This document shows, piece by piece, positions 60,086-64,000 of a DNA stretch of 64,000 nucleotides. Where the stretch lies: positions 608,001 to 672,000 of the forward strand of contig OY776562.1 in the NCBI GenBank assembly GCA_963675785.1, read 5' to 3'. Each line of letters starts with the position of its first letter. Positions within the stretch are counted from its first letter, which is position 1. The stretch comes from Anaerolineae bacterium. GTDB taxonomy: Bacteria; Chloroflexota; Anaerolineae; UBA1429. Under the pieces are notes generated by a model that was not told where the DNA came from, made no database searches, and saw nothing but the letters and a program-made list of their open reading frames with translations. A program made the position numbers and the translations under genes.

Positions 60086-63000
60086 CTCATGTCCTTTGGA
60101 AGCGAGAAACTAAAAGTCGAACCGACATTCAACTCTGACTCAAACCATAACTCGCCCCCATGACGTCTTACCAGGGCCTGAACGTAGGGCAACCCCATGC
60201 CTTCACCGGGCACATCTTGGCGCCCTACTCTTCTGAATGGTGCAAAAACGTTAGCAAAGTCTTCCTCGGCAATACCCACCCCGTTGTCGTGAATATGGAA
60301 TATCCAATATCCATTCTCTTCTTCTGCTGAGATATCGATTTGAGCGGAACGGTCGTCCGAGAGGTACTTGACTGCATTGCCGATCAAATTGCCCAACACT
60401 TGCTGCATGGATGTATGATCGGCTTGCACAACTGGCAAATCACCGACAGTAACCTGTCCTTTGTGTTCAGCGATCTGATGACTCACTACAGCAACGGCAT
60501 CATCCACCGCCAGGCGCATATCCACGGGTTCTATCAAGAGTTCTCGCCGGCCCATTCTGGAAAGCTGAAGGAGTGCGTTGACCATATCATCCATGTTCCC
60601 AACAGCCCGCTCGATGAAACTGAGCGATTCAGGAATATCGTCATTCAAAATCGTGGATAGTTCATCTCGTTCTTCTTCATCCAGCTTTGCAAGGGCTTCC
60701 TGAACAGCGGGCTCGAGATCATGGATAGAGTATCGCAATTCCTGGGCAAACCCCTTGAGATTCACCAGGGGTGCGCGCAGGTCATGGGAGACAATATATG
60801 TGAACTGTCTCAATTCGTCGTTAGCACGTCGAACTTCTTCGGAGGATTGTTCCAACTGTTTGACGAACTCGACACGTTCAGAAATATCGGTGACTGACAT
60901 GGCTGTGAACAAGGGCTTGCCGTTGTCATCGCGAACCATAGCCCCGTTTAACATAACGGGGAAGGTTGATCCATCTTTGCGCATGTGAACAAGATCGTCT
61001 CTTGAAAAGTTGCCTTTGGTGAGGAGCAGCTTTCTGCATTCCTCCAGAGCTTGATGTTGTGTGACAGGGAAATAGGCTTCAACCGAAAGGCCTATTGCCT
61101 CCTCAGATGTATAACCATGAATATGCGCACAATATTTGTTGACATAGACAGTATGCCAATCAAGGTCAAGGATGCAGACGCCATAATTTGCTGTTTCTGC
61201 CAGCGTTAAAAATTTGAGCAACTCCGCCTCATAGGCATGGCGGCTAAGAGCACTAGAGAGGGTGTCGGCTACGAGTCGGAGGGGTTTGTCTCCATCTATG
61301 CCCCACACATAGGGTTCATTGATATTACAGAAGGCGACTATGCCAGATTCGCCGGTTTTGGATTGCAACGGCAAGGCGATAATCGATTCGATGCCATGAT
61401 CGCCGAGATACTTTTTAAGGCCAGCATCCATTTCAGTTTCGCGCATTCTTTCGATCGTTATCATAGACTGGGATTGTAACTGCCCTCTTAACCAAGAGTT
61501 ATTGGTTAACACTTGCCCGATATCTGTATGCTGTATTATGTCTCCAGTAGTTACAATCTGGACGCCGATCTTATTTTTACCGTTTAATTGTGCTAAAATC
61601 ACGGCAGAATCCGCTTTGATGAACTTGGCTACGGTTAGAAGCGTTTCTTTCACGGAGCTTTCAAAGTTCTCGAAAGAACTGCCCAACAGTTTGCCAAATT
61701 GCTCACTCCGAATTCGCTCAAACTGCGTATGGTATGCCAGAGCCTGCAGGGTCTCTTTTTCATTGGTGATATCATAAAGAACGCCATTGACTCGGATTTT
61801 TTCGTCTTCCCCTGGGGCTTGCTGTCCCATGGCGTGCACCCATCGATACTGGTCTTTGCCATTCCTGACGCGAAACTCTTCTGAATACCAGCTGGAAAGT
61901 CCGGTGAGGTGGCATTCCATGGCGTCCAGAATACGTGCCTGATCTTCAGGATGAACAAGGCTAATAAGACTGCGGCCAATCAGGGGATCTTGGACGTATC
62001 CCAAAAGTTCGAGCGAATAACTGTCCAGCGTATAAAGACCCGTCTCCGGATCAAACTCCCACGTTCCCAGGTTGGCACCCTGTAATGCCAGGTTCAGTCT
62101 TTGTTCGCTTTTCTCTCGGATTCGCTGAGCCTTGCGAAATTCGGTGATATCTCGACCGGATGACAATGTGCCGATGATCGTGCCCTCAGGTCGCCGTACG
62201 ATGCTGTGCTTCCAGGCAATGAGCCGGTTTTCGCCCGAGCGTGTGGTGATCAGGTTTTCTGTTTCTTGATCTAGTCCGGCCTCTAGGCGTATCGCCGCCT
62301 GGAAAATCTGATCAACGGCTCTCACTTGTTCGTCAGGGATGAAACTCATCCAATCCAGACCAACAAGTTCTTGAGGTGAGGCATAACCGAGTATCTGCGC
62401 GCCGGTACGATTGATCATGAGAATGTGGTGATTCTGGTCAAGGGCCAGGATGATCTCTGCGGCAACATCGAGGTAGCGCTGAGATCTGTCGCGTTCCTCC
62501 TCGATCTGTTCTTCGTAACGGTGTTGTTCTCTCAACGTGACGCTAGATCCTATAGCGAGCAGAAACACCATAACAGCCGAGATGCTAATGCTGATGAGGA
62601 GGACACTGCTTGAGGCGCTATCTCCGATGAAATCAAAAGCGGAGGGAATACGCTCACCGATTATGATGAGGTTGGTGCCTTCAATAGGGATGCCAGTAAC
62701 ATGAACTTGAACCTCGTCAGTGCGTGTCAAGTCCAACTGGGCTATATCTCCATCAAGCAAATTTTGGAATGACTCTTGGGACGTATAGCGGTTGTAGAGG
62801 GGATTATCTATAGATTCTGTAGATGAAGTGATTAACTCTATTACGGTTTCGCCAGAGTTTGTCGCAATCCAGACGTTTTCAAGATCAGACAGACTGTCAC
62901 CTAACGGTCCTGTCAGAAAGGCTGGGTCTGCCAGGGCAAAACTTGTTTGATCAGAGGCTAGGTAATCTGTAATGAGTAAATACATGTCCCCATCTACTTC

Positions 63001-63408
63001 CAGCCCCACTATTTGGTCAGTCGTTTGCCAGGTGATTGCGCTCTGAAGCTCGGCAATCGAGGCTGAGATACCCTGCGGGTCATCCGTTCGGGAGATTTGT
63101 TGGATACTCCCGGATACCTGATTGTAAGCGCCCACAACCAGAGCCCAAGGAAGTCGACGCAAAGCTTGGCTCGTGTCTCCAAAGGACAAACTGGCTTCCT
63201 GTTCATCAAGTTGGATGACCATAAGTCGAACTTGCAGTTCGACGAGATTGGCCGCAGCTTGAAGCTGAGTTGCTTGCAGTTCATCAGTGCTTTGCGCCTG
63301 TTGCGTTTCCAAAGAAGGAACGAGCAATAAAAACTCGAGTGCCAGGGTGATTAACAATACAGCAAGATAGAGCCCAATGAAATTTGGCCGCTTGCTCCTC
63401 TTCTTCAT
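60082..63408 (-). CDS. Membrane multi-PAS/GAF sensor histidine kinase
   Basis: Two TM segments, PAS repeats, VSHDLRAPL, NAVKY, DNGVG, GEGMGL. Confidence 0.93.
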   Translation of the reverse strand: MKKRSKRPNFIGLYLAVLLITLALEFLLLVPSLETQQAQSTDELQATQLQAAANLVELQVRLMVIQLDEQEASLSFGDTSQALRRLPWALVVGAYNQVSGSIQQISRTDDPQGISASIAELQSAITWQTTDQIVGLEVDGDMYLLITDYLASDQTSFALADPAFLTGPLGDSLSDLENVWIATNSGETVIELITSSTESIDNPLYNRYTSQESFQNLLDGDIAQLDLTRTDEVQVHVTGIPIEGTNLIIIGERIPSAFDFIGDSASSSVLLISISISAVMVFLLAIGSSVTLREQHRYEEQIEEERDRSQRYLDVAAEIILALDQNHHILMINRTGAQILGYASPQELVGLDWMSFIPDEQVRAVDQIFQAAIRLEAGLDQETENLITTRSGENRLIAWKHSIVRRPEGTIIGTLSSGRDITEFRKAQRIREKSEQRLNLALQGANLGTWEFDPETGLYTLDSYSLELLGYVQDPLIGRSLISLVHPEDQARILDAMECHLTGLSSWYSEEFRVRNGKDQYRWVHAMGQQAPGEDEKIRVNGVLYDITNEKETLQALAYHTQFERIRSEQFGKLLGSSFENFESSVKETLLTVAKFIKADSAVILAQLNGKNKIGVQIVTTGDIIQHTDIGQVLTNNSWLRGQLQSQSMITIERMRETEMDAGLKKYLGDHGIESIIALPLQSKTGESGIVAFCNINEPYVWGIDGDKPLRLVADTLSSALSRHAYEAELLKFLTLAETANYGVCILDLDWHTVYVNKYCAHIHGYTSEEAIGLSVEAYFPVTQHQALEECRKLLLTKGNFSRDDLVHMRKDGSTFPVMLNGAMVRDDNGKPLFTAMSVTDISERVEFVKQLEQSSEEVRRANDELRQFTYIVSHDLRAPLVNLKGFAQELRYSIHDLEPAVQEALAKLDEEERDELSTILNDDIPESLSFIERAVGNMDDMVNALLQLSRMGRRELLIEPVDMRLAVDDAVAVVSHQIAEHKGQVTVGDLPVVQADHTSMQQVLGNLIGNAVKYLSDDRSAQIDISAEEENGYWIFHIHDNGVGIAEEDFANVFAPFRRVGRQDVPGEGMGLPYVQALVRRHGGELWFESELNVGSTFSFSLPKDMR

Positions 63409-64000
63409 GTTAATTCTGCCCTGGTGTTTCTGGTTGTCATAATGTTCTGCATCTGGGTAGTGGGCAACTCAAAGACAAGTCGTGTTCCAAAGAGGGGTGT
63501 GATCTGACACCAGACTCTGCCGTGATGAAGTCTCGCCAGCGCACGGGCGCAGGCCAAGCCCTGTTCTACGCGCGTAGCTCCATCTGGTCCGGCAATATGT
63601 CTCACGGTGAATAACATTTCCCTCTCATTCTCAGCAATCTGAACATCCTGAGATACCAAAGCTAATTCAATGATATCTCGCCTGTGCACCAATTCTGCAC
63701 GAACCTCAACCACATGATTTGTGGTATTTCTTTCATAAAATGCGCGCAAAAACTCGTAGAATATTCGCTTTAGCGCTGCCTGGTCTGCAAGAACCGGCCC
63801 CAACCTGTCACTGGATACGGCAATGTTCTCATATCCGTTTTCTTCTAGTTTGAGAACGGCGTCTTCCAGTGCCATCTGGGGGGAGATATAGTCCACATCT
63901 AGCTGCCGTGTGCTACAAGTCGATAGGTCCAACATGGCGGAAGCGAGCTGAGCAAGGCGCAACGTGGCACTATCTAGCATGTCCAACGATTCCTTAGTGC
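63405..64000 (-). CDS. C-terminal part of a protein with a degenerate HATPase_c-like domain; may start beyond the window
   Basis: Frame is open to the window edge; GLACARALARLHHGRVW...GTRLVFELP; ATGA overlap with the kinase gene. Confidence 0.65.
   Translation of the reverse strand, partial: TKESLDMLDSATLRLAQLASAMLDLSTCSTRQLDVDYISPQMALEDAVLKLEENGYENIAVSSDRLGPVLADQAALKRIFYEFLRAFYERNTTNHVVEVRAELVHRRDIIELALVSQDVQIAENEREMLFTVRHIAGPDGATRVEQGLACARALARLHHGRVWCQITPLFGTRLVFELPTTQMQNIMTTRNTRAELT

Overview
This is a bacterial chromosomal window with about 50 genes. It most likely comes from a Chloroflexota (Anaerolineae-like) organism; this is inferred from the Thr/Pro-rich lipoprotein linkers, the C-terminal 'xxLPxIxx' tails and the GAAC-N4-[GA]TTC LexA-type box. 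I saw no rRNA, tRNA, CRISPR array, transposase or phage genes. Contents: two-component clusters at both ends; sugar-catabolic genes; Fe-ADH; Rex, TetR and Fur/Zur regulators; a lipid-related operon; class I FBP aldolase; znuCB; a short purH; uvrA; a CoA-disulfide-reductase-like enzyme; an Opp/Dpp-type ABC operon; SlyD-like PPIase; OsmC; and a large S8 protease. The most unusual observations are: (1) the family-5 solute-binding protein is circularly permuted, its DppC permease carries an inserted family-3 SBP-like lobe, and the operon has a long structured 5' leader; (2) an unannotated His/Cys/Arg sortase-like protein lies next to an LPHTG-tailed secreted protein; (3) a local Rex regulon and a CsoR/CstR-type operator can be read directly from the DNA. 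All family assignments come from motif recognition by eye, not from database searches.
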